64,000 nt of DNA from Abditibacteriaceae bacterium (GCA_965277285.1 OZ255721.1:1312001-1376000); one strand, 5' to 3'. Shown: positions 1 through 10,748, counted from the stretch's first letter. Translations and numbers: made by a program. The notes: a model not told the origin generated them from the letters alone.

Positions 1-519
1 CGCCTGGCCGCACAACTTCAAAGCCAGATATTCGCCGAAACTGATCCATCGCGTACTCGAAGCGAACAATTCCGGGCGCGTGTGATGCAGCCACAACAAT
101 TTCGCTGGCCAGTAGCTGGTGTGAAAAACGCAGCCCGTGCGCGCGTGCGTTTCTTCTTCATCTAAAGTCGCGCGCAAAGCGGGAATCCACGGCGCCGCGC
201 GATTGTCCGCCCACGAATATAAAGGCGTCAAGGCTTTGCCGTTTTGGTCAACCGCCATCAATGAATGCCAGAAACAGGAACACGCGACGGCAATCGGCTG
301 CACGTTTGTTGTTTTCAAAAGTTCGTCCACGCATTGCAAAGTGCGCTGGAGCAAGGCGTCGGCGTCAGTTTCCACGCCGCCGTCGGGCGTCGTGCTTTGC
401 GAGTACTCGATTTGCGCGGGCGCGCCGATTTTATCGCCTTTAGCGTCGAACAAGATGGCGCGCGTCGAACTTGTTCCGGCATCGAGAGCTAAAATTGTCG
501 GGGAAGAATCGGGGTTCAT
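1..519 (-). CDS. gntK: FGGY-family sugar kinase, probable gluconokinase (3' end outside window)
   Basis: Manual translation from ATG at 519: MNPDSSPTILALDAGTSSTRAILFD...SCFWHSLMAVD..G.ALTPLYSWADNRA...RTGCVFHTSYWPAKLLWL. These are FGGY/gluconokinase motifs. Absent from the ORF track because it runs off the edge. Confidence 0.8.
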   Translation of the reverse strand, partial: MNPDSSPTILALDAGTSSTRAILFDAKGDKIGAPAQIEYSQSTTPDGGVETDADALLQRTLQCVDELLKTTNVQPIAVACSCFWHSLMAVDQNGKALTPLYSWADNRAAPWIPALRATLDEEETHARTGCVFHTSYWPAKLLWLHHTRPELFASSTRWISFGEYLALKLCGQA

Positions 520-583
520 GGCGACGCAGTTTAACAAGAGGTTAAGCGCCATTGTGCGAGCTGAGGCGTGTCATAATTAAGAC

Positions 584-1024
584 ATGAACCAGACAAAATC
601 ATCGCAAAGAAAATGGGTGTTTTTGGCCGTGTCGATGATTGGCTTTGTGCCGCTGTTGGCTCATGCGCTTGATGCCTGGCAATATGCGAAATCCGATGAT
701 ATTGAGAAAGCAAAAATTGATACACAACACATTCTCGCAAGGTTTGAGCAGACGAACGATGTCACGGAAGTTAGGTCTTGGCTTCTTCACGGGCCAACCG
801 AAGCGCCGGGTACGCAAGTCAAGATGACGTTTGGCGAATGGTCATTGCAACACAAAAGCGCGTTCATTGCGATTGTCGAAGGTTTATCGGCTAAACAACA
901 AGACCAATTTGCGCAATCGTTTTGCGAATCGCTGGAGCAGTCATCGCTGAGCGCCAAGTTTAAGACGACTTTCCATGACAGCAAATCAAAAGCTGTGAAA
1001 GCGATACTCCAAAGACTGGCCTGA
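584..1024 (+). CDS. Hypothetical exported/membrane-anchored protein
   Basis: 146-aa ORF with a basic N-terminus followed by a hydrophobic segment ending AHA. It fills the gap between gntK and cheR. Confidence 0.6.
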   Translation: MNQTKSSQRKWVFLAVSMIGFVPLLAHALDAWQYAKSDDIEKAKIDTQHILARFEQTNDVTEVRSWLLHGPTEAPGTQVKMTFGEWSLQHKSAFIAIVEGLSAKQQDQFAQSFCESLEQSSLSAKFKTTFHDSKSKAVKAILQRLA

Positions 1025-1107
1025 AACTTCTTAATCGCAAAACAGTAGCGTTCTCCCGCCATGAAGAACGGCCATTTTTGTGCGACGACACAAAGTGGCT
1101 TCGCATT

Positions 1108-2766
1108 ATGAGTTCCAATGAGACGCTCGCCCAATTTGAAGAATTGTTGGCGCAACGTGCTGGTTTGAACGTGCGCGCGCAGGATCGAGAACACGTCGAG
1201 CGGACGCTGTTGTCGCGCGCGCAAACGCGTCAGGAAACTGTGGCGTCGTATCTCGAATGGCTGCAAGGCGCATCCGGCGCGAGCGAGTGGAATGGTTTGT
1301 TTGCCGCTCTGACCAACCAGGAAAGTTATTTTTTCCGCGACACCGGACAATTTGACTTGTTGCGCGAACAAATTCTGCCCGAACTCATCGCGCAAAATCG
1401 CGCACGTCGCACGCTGAAATTGTGGAGCGCGGGCTGTTCGACGGGCGAAGAACCGTATTCGCTGGCGATGACGTTGGAAACCATGCTGCCGTCTGGCGAC
1501 CGTTGGAAGGTGGAAATCCATGGCACCGATCTCAGCGAAGCGGCGCTGCAAAAGGCGCGCGCGGGCGTTTACAGCGCGTGGTCATTTCGCAACACGCCCG
1601 ACGAGCAGCGCGAACGCTTTTTCCAAAAACGCGGTCACGAATGGATTTTGAGCGAAAAATTGCGCCGCTCTGTGCAATTTCGTTACGGCAATTTGCTGGA
1701 TGACAATTTCGCAAGTCAGGGTTTGCACGACTTCGACTTGATTTTGTGTCGCAACGTTTTTATATATTTTCGCCGCGAGGCTGTGGCGCGCGTGGTGCGC
1801 AAGTTTCGTGATACGCTACGCGAAGACGGTTATTTGATGACAGGTCACGCCGAACTGCACGACATCGCGCTGCCCGATTTGCCAGCGCGCACTTTTCCCC
1901 AAGGCGTGGTTTATCAACGAACCGCGTCCGGCAAGACATCGAGTACTCGATCTGCGACTTCACTCGTCAACAACCGGCTTCCTCTGGCTTCTTTCGCGCC
2001 TTTTTCTACGACGACATCTTCGCTGCAAATTGCACCTTCTGCACGCGCCACTCCAATCACTTTGTCGGCTCATTCCAGGCACGCGAACAACGTTGCGCCG
2101 AACGCTGCAACGAGGACTCCGCAAGACGATGACATAAAAGACGTGCAACGTGCTTACGCGTGTTTGCGCGAAGGTCGCAGCGACGAAGCCTGGGAACTAT
2201 TGAACGCAATTTTCGAGAAGACAAATGGAAACGCGGAACAAAACGGCGTTGCTATCAAGAGCACAGATCAAAATGGCGTAGTACTCTTCGTTGCGCATTG
2301 TCTGGCGGCGCAGGCTTTGGCGAACAACGTGCGTTATGAGGAAGCACAGGAACATTGCGCGCGCGCTATTGCCATCGATGCCTTGTCTCCTCTACCTTAT
2401 AGCGTACTGGCGCGCATTGAAATCGAACGCGCTCAAGGAGAAAATACTGGCAGCGAGAGCGCCAAAGAATGGTTAAAAAAAGTGATTTATCTGGCGCCGC
2501 AGTCCATCACGGCGATGGTGGAACTGAGCGCAATTTATCGGCGTGAGGGCGATTTGCGACGCGCCCGCAGTTGGCGCGACGCCGCTTTGCAAGTGCTAAA
2601 CGATTGCTCCGGTCAAGAATGCCCGAAAAATGAAGACGCGTCTAATGGACATTCCTCTGGAAAAACGTGTCCCATTTCGCCTGATGGCTGCGTGATTTTG
2701 CTGCAATGGTCGCTCGACGAGCCGCAAACAATCGACGCAATGCGCCATTCCCTGAAAGAGTTTTAG
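1108..2766 (+). CDS. cheR: CheR-type chemotaxis methyltransferase with C-terminal TPR-like region
   Basis: Motifs TNQESYFFRD, WSAGCSTGEEPYSLA, GTDLS, DLILCRNVFIYF, GYLMTGHAE. TPR-like helices at the C-terminus (KKVIYLAP). Confidence 0.92.
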   Translation: MSSNETLAQFEELLAQRAGLNVRAQDREHVERTLLSRAQTRQETVASYLEWLQGASGASEWNGLFAALTNQESYFFRDTGQFDLLREQILPELIAQNRARRTLKLWSAGCSTGEEPYSLAMTLETMLPSGDRWKVEIHGTDLSEAALQKARAGVYSAWSFRNTPDEQRERFFQKRGHEWILSEKLRRSVQFRYGNLLDDNFASQGLHDFDLILCRNVFIYFRREAVARVVRKFRDTLREDGYLMTGHAELHDIALPDLPARTFPQGVVYQRTASGKTSSTRSATSLVNNRLPLASFAPFSTTTSSLQIAPSARATPITLSAHSRHANNVAPNAATRTPQDDDIKDVQRAYACLREGRSDEAWELLNAIFEKTNGNAEQNGVAIKSTDQNGVVLFVAHCLAAQALANNVRYEEAQEHCARAIAIDALSPLPYSVLARIEIERAQGENTGSESAKEWLKKVIYLAPQSITAMVELSAIYRREGDLRRARSWRDAALQVLNDCSGQECPKNEDASNGHSSGKTCPISPDGCVILLQWSLDEPQTIDAMRHSLKEF

Positions 2767-2795
2767 GAACAACACTCAATAGTTTGCTTACAAAG

Positions 2796-2953
2796 CGAAA
2801 CATCGTCACGAATTCCAAGCGTGAGCGTGAGGCTGAAGTATCTGCTACTTTAGCCGCGCTTCAGAATTGCCGTACACTCAACCGTCCTCAATGAGCCGAC
2901 GCAATTGCTACTTTAGCTCCGCGATCACGCTTGGAATCCGTGACGATGTTTCG
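2796..2953. repeat. Long imperfect inverted repeat containing a family-B REP-like core
   Basis: CGAAACATCGTCACGAATTCCAAGCGTGAGCG... pairs with ...CGATCACGCTTGGAATCCGTGACGATGTTTCG. Confidence 0.8.
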
Positions 2954-3003
2954 TATAACGATGTACATTCAAGTGTCAATCGTTACCAAGTTGTATTTAC
3001 ATT

Positions 3004-4302
3004 ATGAATCGCACAGAATCGAACATCCACAGTCAACGCGAAGCGAGAAACGTTGATTCGTCGGCTGCGACAGTCGACGCTTCTGTGCGCAATAATTATG
3101 CTGTCGGCGAAGCGGGCGAAGAGCGACTTTATTTGTTGTTATCGTCGCGCGGCACATTGTACGCGATTGAAGTCAGCGATGTGCGCGAAATTCACGCACT
3201 GCCGTCGTTGAATGTTTTGCCGCAAGCGCCGCACGCCGTCGCAGGTGTTGTCAATGTGCGCGGCGATATTTTGCCGGTCGTTGATCTGGCACGTCAAATG
3301 GGGCAAACACCGCGTGCTCCCGCGTTGAACGACGGCTTGGTCGTGCTGCAGAACACACAAGATCGTTCGCCGCAACAATTTCGGCCTTTCGCACTTTGGG
3401 TTGAAGAAGTGCGCGACATGATCGCGCTTCAAACTTCGCAGATTGAAGTCGCGCCGTTCGATAACGAGTACTCGATGTTGTCGGGTTTGACGCATCATAA
3501 TGGCGCGGTCGTGTTCATTTTGCAAACCTCCCGTTTGCTTCCTCACGTCGAAATCGCCGCACCGTTCGATACTTCTTCGTTCGATGCTTTCGACAAAATT
3601 GAGGCGAGTGCTGCCTTTATCTTTCGCCGTCGTGCGCAAAATCTGGCGCAAGTCGAAAGAACGGAAAGTCAGACTGTGCCGCGCACCGGAGAAGAAACGA
3701 GAAACCGAGCCGAGAGCGCGCTGCTGGCGAATGTTTCCGCCCAGATTTCTGCACACGAAAGCACGCGCACAGTTTCGATTGCGCGCGTGCGTTTAGGTGG
3801 CGAGGAACATGGCGTAGTGTTGTCACAGGTGCGCGAATTTTGCGCTCTGGAAAGTTTTACGGCTGTTCCCTGTTGCCCGCCGCACATCGCCGGACAAATG
3901 AACTTGCGCGGCGACATCGTGACTTTGCTCGACATCGCGCCGCAAATGGGCATTCGCTCTTTCGCCGCGCGCCTGGCGCAACATAATTCGATGCACGATG
4001 AAGCCGACGCCACGGGCAACTCTGCCGCTTCCACGCACCTGTTTGGTCAAATTGTGGTGGTGGAAACGCGGGACGCGAACGGCGCCGTGGGATTGATCGG
4101 CGTCTTGGTGGACGAAGTTTTCGATGTATTGCACGCGCGCGAAAACGATTTGCGCGCGGTAGACACGGCTTCTGACAACGCAACCAGGAATAACTCCGGC
4201 TTTTGTCAGGCGATTCTGTTGCACGATGAAAAAGCGTTGACAATTCTGGATTTAGCATCCATCGTTGCAGACGATAAATGGATCGTCAATGAAACGGTTT
4301 AG
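3004..4302 (+). CDS. cheW: Tandem CheW-CheW adaptor protein
   Basis: Two CheW domains: LPQAPHAVAGVVNVRGDILPVVDL and VPCCPPHIAGQMNLRGDIVTLLDI. Confidence 0.9.
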   Translation: MNRTESNIHSQREARNVDSSAATVDASVRNNYAVGEAGEERLYLLLSSRGTLYAIEVSDVREIHALPSLNVLPQAPHAVAGVVNVRGDILPVVDLARQMGQTPRAPALNDGLVVLQNTQDRSPQQFRPFALWVEEVRDMIALQTSQIEVAPFDNEYSMLSGLTHHNGAVVFILQTSRLLPHVEIAAPFDTSSFDAFDKIEASAAFIFRRRAQNLAQVERTESQTVPRTGEETRNRAESALLANVSAQISAHESTRTVSIARVRLGGEEHGVVLSQVREFCALESFTAVPCCPPHIAGQMNLRGDIVTLLDIAPQMGIRSFAARLAQHNSMHDEADATGNSAASTHLFGQIVVVETRDANGAVGLIGVLVDEVFDVLHARENDLRAVDTASDNATRNNSGFCQAILLHDEKALTILDLASIVADDKWIVNETV

Positions 4303-4335
4303 AAGACGACTCAACAGCGACGCACCGTTTACCAG

Positions 4336-4400
4336 AACCCCAAGCGTGAGCGCGGGGCTGACGTAACAGTTAATTTAGTGCTGCGCTCACGCTTGGGGTT
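4336..4400. repeat. Family-B REP-like palindrome
   Basis: AACCCCAAGCGTGAGCGC...GCGCTCACGCTTGGGGTT. Confidence 0.85.
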
Positions 4401-4459
4401 ACAATAAACCATACAAAATCGAGTACTCGAATGGTGAAAATTTATGCTTCGTAACCTGA

Positions 4460-5316
4460 GAGGGTGTATAGGAATCACGCAAGCCTTCGGAGCATAAGCC
4501 GGATCATGGCGAGATAAATCCAGGTTTCACTTGATTTGACATTTTGCTCATAGTCTTTTGAAAGCCTTCGACATCTTCCCAACCATGCAAAAGTTCTTTC
4601 GACAACCCAGCGACGCGGCAACGGCACGTAGCCTTTGTTTTCATATTGACGGTTCACCAGGGCATTGCGGCTTATCACTCGGAGCGCAACGCCACAGTTT
4701 TCTCGCACCCAAGCCGCGAACTTGTGTCCCCAGTAGCCTGCATCCGCCCAAATCAACTGCAAACGTTGTGAAGGAAAGCGCCACAGGGCTTTGTCTTGCA
4801 AAAGTAATTTGGCTCCGTCACGCTCTTGAACGTTGGCAGCATGAACACACACTTGCAACAACAAGCCGTTGGTATCCACTAGAATATGACGCTTGCGCCC
4901 TTTTATTTTCTTGGCTGCATCAAAGCCTTTTGGCCCCCTTTTTCTGTGGTTTTGACGCTCTGGCTGTCCAGAATCGCTGCGCTGGGCGCCTCATCCCGTC
5001 CATCGGCCTGGCGCACTTGAGAACGCAACGAACTGTGGATACCTTCGAGAGTGCCGTTGTCACGCCAGCGCCGGAAGTGATACCAAACCACAGTGTAAGG
5101 CGGAAAATCGTGAGGCAAAGCACGCCACGAGCAGCCGTTGGTCAACTGATACAACAAAGCGTTGACGATCTCGCGTTGGGCGTAAAGCCTGCGCGTACCG
5201 CGCGCACGCTGTGGCTCGATCAAAGGGCGCAGCACTTGCCATTGTGCCTCGCTCAAATCACTGGGATAGCTCTGGCGTTTCATAAATGTAAGTCTAACCC
5301 TTTCCTATACACCCTC
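4460..5316 (-). mobile_element. IS5-family insertion sequence, copy 1 (857 bp)
   Basis: 15-bp terminal inverted repeats GAGGGTGTATAGGAA / TTCCTATACACCCTC, with a 3-bp target duplication TGA at 4457-4459 and 5317-5319. Confidence 0.95.
4475..5283 (-). CDS. IS5-family transposase (orfA 4903-5283 plus orfB, joined by a -1 frameshift)
   Basis: [33 protein letters not shown], then [40 protein letters not shown]. An A5G5 slippery run lies at the junction. Confidence 0.92.
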
Positions 5317-6901
5317 TGAGTTTGACGCGCAAATTATCGTTGTTGGTCGTGGTTTTCGTGCTGGCGTTTGCGGCGTTTGCGACACTTGCGTTTCGCACCT
5401 TGAACGATTTGAAGATTCGCGGCCCTTATTACAATCAAATTGTCAATGGCAAAGATTTGGTCGCCGATATTTTGCCGCCGCCGCTTTACATCATCGAATC
5501 GTATCTCACGGCTTTGCAGTTGGACGATCCGCAACTTCGCGCCAAAAAAGAGCCGCTCAAAGCTAAAATGGATCAATTGCGCGCCGACTACAACACGCGT
5601 CACGATTTTTGGCAAAAGCAGTTGGAAGACACGCCGCAAGACCACGAAATGCGCGAATTGCTGCTGACGACTTCTTACAACTCGGCGCAGGATTTTTATC
5701 GGATTTACGATGAGCAGTTTCGCCCGGCGGTTGAGCGCGGCGATTACAAAACGGCAGATCGCATCGTTGACGGGCCGCTTCAGGACGCTTACGAAAGGCA
5801 TCGCCAGTCGATTGACCGCGTTGTGGAATTGGCCAACGCGCGCAACAAGCAAATCGAAGATGACGCGCAAAACGTGGTTAATCGTAGCACGGCAGCTCTT
5901 GGTCTACTGGCACTGGGCATCGTCGCCACCATGATCGTCGGCGTTGGCATTTTTCTTAACCGTTCGATTGCCAGCGCCTTGCGCGAAACGGCGAGCGTAT
6001 TGTCGAGCACATCGTCGGAAATCGCCACCGCCATCGAGCAGCACGAGCGCACCGCCATGCATCAGGCCGCCGCCGTGCATGAAACGACGGCGACGATGGA
6101 TGAACTTGATGCGTCGTTTCGCCAAACCGTCGAAGTCGTTACGACAGCCGCCGATACAGCGCGTCAGGCGGCGCGCGTGGCTGAAGGCGGCGTTCACACC
6201 GTCGAGCAAACGCACAGCGGCATGACGAGCTTGAAAGAAAAAGTCGGCCTGATCGCCGATCAAATCGCTGGCTTGTCCGAGCAAACCGCGCAAATTGGCA
6301 GCATGACGGTTTTGGTGAGCGACCTGGCCAATCAGACGAATATGCTGGCCTTGAACGCGGCTGTGGAAGCGGCGCGCGCGGGCGAACACGGCAAAGGTTT
6401 CGGCGTGGTGGCCAGCGAAATTCGCAAGCTGGCCGACGAAAGTAAAAAATCGGCAGCGCGCATCAACGCTCTGGTCGAAGACATTCAACGCGCCACAACC
6501 TCAACCGTGATGGCGACCGAAGAAGGCACCAAAACCGTTGATCGCAGCCTGCAACTGGCCGAAGAAACCGTGCGCGCCTTTCATTCCGTGACCGATTCGA
6601 GCAACATGGCGTCGCAGGCCGCGCAGCAAACCTTGCTCAGCGTGCCACAACAAGTCACGGCGGTGAAGCAGGTTTTGATAGCGATGGACTCGCTCAACAC
6701 GGGTGCGCGCGAAACTGCCGATGGTATCGGGCAAACCAAAACCGGCGTCGAAAACCTGCGCCAGACCGCGTTGAAATTGAAGGATATGGTGTAAAAATCT
6801 GTCCCGCGAATATCGAGTACTCGAAACGACACAATGGCGTAAAGTAGAAGTTCGCCGGTTTGAGAGCGCGGAAAAAGCAAACAAAACGCCGAGAAACAAA
6901 G

Positions 6902-6974
6902 AGTTTGTCATTCTGAGCGAAGCGAAGAATCTAAAATCAAGCAAGATTCTTCGCTTCGCTCAGAATGACAAACT
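6902..6974. repeat. Family-A REP-like palindrome (31-bp arms)
   Basis: AGTTTGTCATTCTGAGCGAAGCGAAGAATCT ... AGATTCTTCGCTTCGCTCAGAATGACAAACT. Confidence 0.9.
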
Positions 6975-7098
6975 GCCACTTTTAGCACGTCTACTTTGAC
7001 GCACTCTTAAACTGACAAAGTGTCGCTTTATGAACCAGTAAAATGCCCTGTTAAACGACTCGCAGTCGAATATCGAGAGCAAAGAACCCAAGTCTCTT

Positions 7099-9708
7099 AT
7101 GGCGATAATTGAAGACGCTGAAATGCGCGCTCTTTATGCCAGCGAATGCGAAGAACATTTGCAAGCGCTGGACGAGGGCTTGCTGCAACTGGAAAACGCG
7201 CCAGGTTCCTCTGCATTAAACGCTGAAACGTTGAACGCTGAAACGTCCGACCAAAACGCCAGCGACAAAATTCAGACCATCGAAGCGATTTTTCGCGCCG
7301 CGCACAGCCTCAAAGGTTCGTCGCGCATGGTGGGAGCGAGCGGCGCTGAAGCCATCGCGCACGCGCTCGAAGATGCTTTGGGCGATGCCAAGCGTGGACG
7401 CACTCAGTTGTCGCCCGACGATCTCGACCGATTGGGCATCGGCTTGCGCGCCTTGAGAGCACTGGTCGCCGAAGCTGTTGGAGGGACGCCCGCTAACCTC
7501 AATATTTCGCAGGTTCTACGCGAAATTGATGGCGATAAAAACAACAACGATGCGACGCAACACTTTTTTCCAGCCGCTCCAGCCACATTGAGTACTCGAA
7601 ATCAGGAAAAGCAACAAAGCGAAACCGTGCCCGAACGCATATCTCGTACAGTGGAAAGAATGGCGCTCGACGAAAATCTCAGTGCAGTTTCTTCAACTTC
7701 GAGGCTCGCCGCTGCCGATTTCGCTACAACGGAGTTGACTGATTCCAATTCTGCAATGTCGCCTTCATTAGCCTTGCGTGACGAAACTTTTGGGCGTACC
7801 TCGTCGCAACTGTTGGCCACACGGGAAAAAGCACCGCTTCAAGAAATATCAGATCAAAAAGCACCCGAGCCGAAAACCTCCGCCACAAAAGACGAATTCA
7901 AAATCCAGACGATGCGCGTTCCTCCTGCGCGCCTGGATGCGTTGATGACTTTGGCCAGCGAACTCGCGGTCACGACATCGCGCGTGTCGCGTGGCCTGGC
8001 GGCCTTGAGCGAAATCGGCGAATTGTGCGAGCGTTGGCAACTCGATTTGGCGCAGCGTCAGCGACGATTGATGCGCGCGTCCGCGACATCGGCGCGCGAA
8101 GTCACGGCGTTGCGCGAAGAAGAAGCGCGTTTGGCGCGGTTGCAGGAATTGTGGCTGGGATTTCGCGCCGTGGTGCCGAAAAACGCCGTTCGCTTGAGCG
8201 CGGTCGCCGAAGACATCGAAGAAAGCATTCGCAACGTGCGATTGCTGCCGCTTTCCACGGTTTTCGGCTTGTTCCCGCGTTTGGTGCGCGACCTGGCGCG
8301 CGCGCAGGGCAAGGATGTTCAATTCGTCATCGAAGGCGGCGACACGCCCGCCGATAAACGCGTACTCGAAGACATCAAAGACCCTTTGATGCACATGTTG
8401 CGCAACTCCGTCGATCACGGCATCGAAACGCCAGACGCGCGCGCACAAAGCGGCAAATCGCCAGCAGCCATACTGCGATTGCGCGCGTCGCGGGGCGCGT
8501 CCGGCATCAGCATCGAATTGAGCGACGATGGGCGCGGCCTGGATGAAGACGCGATTGCGCGCGTCGCTTTCCAACGCGGCCTGCATTCGCGCGAAGAACT
8601 GGACGCGATGACCCACGAACAAATCCAAAACTTGATTTTCGCGCCCGGCTTTTCGACCAGCGCGACCGTGACCGATGTGTCCGGTCGCGGCGTCGGCATG
8701 GACGTAGTGCGACACAATATTGAAAACCTTAAAGGTTCGCTGACGCTTCAATCGCGGCGTGGGCGCGGCTGCACTTTCACCATCCGGTTGCCGCTGACTT
8801 TGGCCACGACGCGCGTTTTGCTGGTCGAAGTGCGCGGTGCAAGTGGCCTGCAAATCTTCGCCTTGCCGGTTGAAGCGGTGCAAAGCTTGGTGCGCTTGCG
8901 CCAGGAGCAAATTTTTCTGTCGGAAGGTCGCGCCATGTGGGTGCAAAACGACGAAGCGATTCCGCTCTTCTCTCTTGCGCAGTTGCTCGAATTGGCGGCG
9001 CCCGCGACATCGTTTGCGCTGGCCGCGCGACCCACAAATCTGCTGCAATCGAGTACTCGAAGCGGCGCGCTTTCGTGCGTGATCTTGTCGGTGGACGGCG
9101 AAAAGATCGGTTTGGAAGTCGAGCAGTTTTTGGATGAACAAGATGTCGTTTTCAAAGCGCTGGGCGCGCTTTTGCATCGCGTGCGCAACGTGGCGGGCAC
9201 GACCATCTTGGGTGGCGGCGAAGTGTGTTTGGTCTTGAACGCGACCGATTTGATGCGTTCGGCGCGTTCCTTCAAAGCGCGCGCGTTGGCGCCTGGCAAA
9301 GCACTTTCGAGCGACACGTTTCCCCGTGAAACGGAAGAACAGGCGAAAGCAATTTTGCTGGTCGAAGATTCGCTTTTGACGCGCACGCTGGAAAAACGCA
9401 TTTTAGAAAGCGCTGGCTACGATGTGACGACGGCTTTTGACGGCGTGGACGCACTGACCAAAATGGCATCGCGCACCTTTGATGCGGTGGTTTCAGACGT
9501 GCAAATGCCCAACATGGACGGCCTGGCGTTGACAGCGAAAATTCGCCAGGACGCGCGCTTGCGCGAAATGCCGATTCTCCTCGTGACATCAATGTCGAGC
9601 GACGACGACAAGCGGCGCGGCATGGAAGTCGGCGCCGATGCTTACCTCATCAAAAGCGCCTTTGAACACCGCACGCTGCTCGATGCACTGGCGCGCTTGA
9701 TTCCGTAG
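7099..9708 (+). CDS. cheA: Hybrid CheA histidine kinase (Hpt-dimerisation-HATPase-CheW-REC)
   Basis: IFRAAHSLKG (Hpt), HMLRNSVDHGIE, DDGRGLD, FAPGFST, VSGRGVGMDVV, and a C-terminal receiver domain (LLVEDS...SDVQMP). Confidence 0.95.
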   Translation: MAIIEDAEMRALYASECEEHLQALDEGLLQLENAPGSSALNAETLNAETSDQNASDKIQTIEAIFRAAHSLKGSSRMVGASGAEAIAHALEDALGDAKRGRTQLSPDDLDRLGIGLRALRALVAEAVGGTPANLNISQVLREIDGDKNNNDATQHFFPAAPATLSTRNQEKQQSETVPERISRTVERMALDENLSAVSSTSRLAAADFATTELTDSNSAMSPSLALRDETFGRTSSQLLATREKAPLQEISDQKAPEPKTSATKDEFKIQTMRVPPARLDALMTLASELAVTTSRVSRGLAALSEIGELCERWQLDLAQRQRRLMRASATSAREVTALREEEARLARLQELWLGFRAVVPKNAVRLSAVAEDIEESIRNVRLLPLSTVFGLFPRLVRDLARAQGKDVQFVIEGGDTPADKRVLEDIKDPLMHMLRNSVDHGIETPDARAQSGKSPAAILRLRASRGASGISIELSDDGRGLDEDAIARVAFQRGLHSREELDAMTHEQIQNLIFAPGFSTSATVTDVSGRGVGMDVVRHNIENLKGSLTLQSRRGRGCTFTIRLPLTLATTRVLLVEVRGASGLQIFALPVEAVQSLVRLRQEQIFLSEGRAMWVQNDEAIPLFSLAQLLELAAPATSFALAARPTNLLQSSTRSGALSCVILSVDGEKIGLEVEQFLDEQDVVFKALGALLHRVRNVAGTTILGGGEVCLVLNATDLMRSARSFKARALAPGKALSSDTFPRETEEQAKAILLVEDSLLTRTLEKRILESAGYDVTTAFDGVDALTKMASRTFDAVVSDVQMPNMDGLALTAKIRQDARLREMPILLVTSMSSDDDKRRGMEVGADAYLIKSAFEHRTLLDALARLIP

Positions 9709-9842
9709 CGTTTAGGCGACAACATTCGCAATGGCAGCGTCGCGGAGTTATAGAGAAAATCAGAAAAATATCAAACTCACAGTTTGTCATTCTGAGCGCA
9801 GCGAAGAATCTGTCTTTACGTATAGCTTCTTCGCTGCGCTTA

Positions 9843-10699
9843 GAGGGTGTATAGGAAAGGGTTAGACTTACATTTATGAAACGCCAGAGCTATCCCAGTG
9901 ATTTGAGCGAGGCACAATGGCAAGTGCTGCGCCCTTTGATCGAGCCACAGCGTGCGCGCGGTACGCGCAGGCTTTACGCCCAACGCGAGATCGTCAACGC
10001 TTTGTTGTATCAGTTGACCAACGGCTGCTCGTGGCGTGCTTTGCCTCACGATTTTCCGCCTTACACTGTGGTTTGGTATCACTTCCGGCGCTGGCGTGAC
10101 AACGGCACTCTCGAAGGTATCCACAGTTCGTTGCGTTCTCAAGTGCGCCAGGCCGATGGACGGGATGAGGCGCCCAGCGCAGCGATTCTGGACAGCCAGA
10201 GCGTCAAAACCACAGAAAAAGGGGGCCAAAAGGCTTTGATGCAGCCAAGAAAATAAAAGGGCGCAAGCGTCATATTCTGGTGGATACCAACGGCTTGTTG
10301 TTGCAAGTGTGTGTTCATGCTGCCAACGTTCAAGAGCGTGACGGAGCCAAATTACTTTTGCAAGACAAAGCCCTGTGGCGCTTTCCTTCACAACGTTTGC
10401 AGTTGATTTGGGCGGATGCAGGCTACTGGGGACACAAGTTCGCGGCTTGGGTGCGAGAAAACTGTGGCGTTGCGCTCCGAGTGATAAGCCGCAATGCCCT
10501 GGTGAACCGTCAATATGAAAACAAAGGCTACGTGCCGTTGCCGCGTCGCTGGGTTGTCGAAAGAACTTTTGCATGGTTGGGAAGATGTCGAAGGCTTTCA
10601 AAAGACTATGAGCAAAATGTCAAATCAAGTGAAACCTGGATTTATCTCGCCATGATCCGGCTTATGCTCCGAAGGCTTGCGTGATTCCTATACACCCTC
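9843..10699 (+). mobile_element. IS5-family insertion sequence, copy 2 (857 bp, inverted relative to copy 1)
   Basis: Same TIRs, flanked by TTA / TCA. The only difference from copy 1 that I noticed is one synonymous SNP (4880 vs 10279). Confidence 0.95.
9876..10684 (+). CDS. IS5-family transposase (orfA 9876-10256 plus orfB via -1 frameshift at GAAAAAGGGGG)
   Basis: Same protein sequence as copy 1. Confidence 0.92.
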
Positions 10700-10748
10700 T
10701 CAGAATGACACAATGCCGCTTCCAAGCGTTTTTCGTTGCTTTTGGGTT

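Larger units (their letters stand above)
4444..6794 (+). pseudogene. Methyl-accepting chemotaxis protein interrupted near codon 5 by an IS (body 5320-6794 intact; could restart at TTG 5322)
   Basis: Removing the IS and one TGA copy restores ATG CTT CGT AAC CTG AGT TTG ACG CGC AAA (MLRNLSLTRK). The body has two TM segments and the signalling motif [34 protein letters not shown]. Confidence 0.8.
9785..10710. repeat. Family-A REP-like palindrome split by IS copy 2
   Basis: Left arm TGTCATTCTGAGCGCAGCGAAGAA at about 9785. The right arm TTCTTCGCTGCGC|TCAGAATGACA is interrupted by the IS. Confidence 0.85.

Noticed and set aside
4558..5319. 253-aa ORF antisense to the transposase (also 9840-10601)
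   Set aside because: Shadow ORF of the IS5 transposase with no recognisable motifs.
7849..9177. Long antisense ORFs (e.g. 7849-9177, 12588-13562, 21669-22601, 18810-19622)
   Set aside because: They lie opposite well-supported genes, as expected from GC-rich codon bias, and have no motifs or RBS.
9317..9333. parS-like sequence CGTTTCCCCGTGAAACG in cheA
   Set aside because: It has one extra base and mismatches relative to GTTTCACGTGAAAC, occurs once, and lies inside a coding linker.
4460..10699. Idea that the MCP-cheA segment has already been inverted between the IS copies
   Set aside because: Copy 1 has matching TGA duplications with a continuous MCP frame across it, and copy 2 sits within one continuous REP arm, so the flanks are not swapped.
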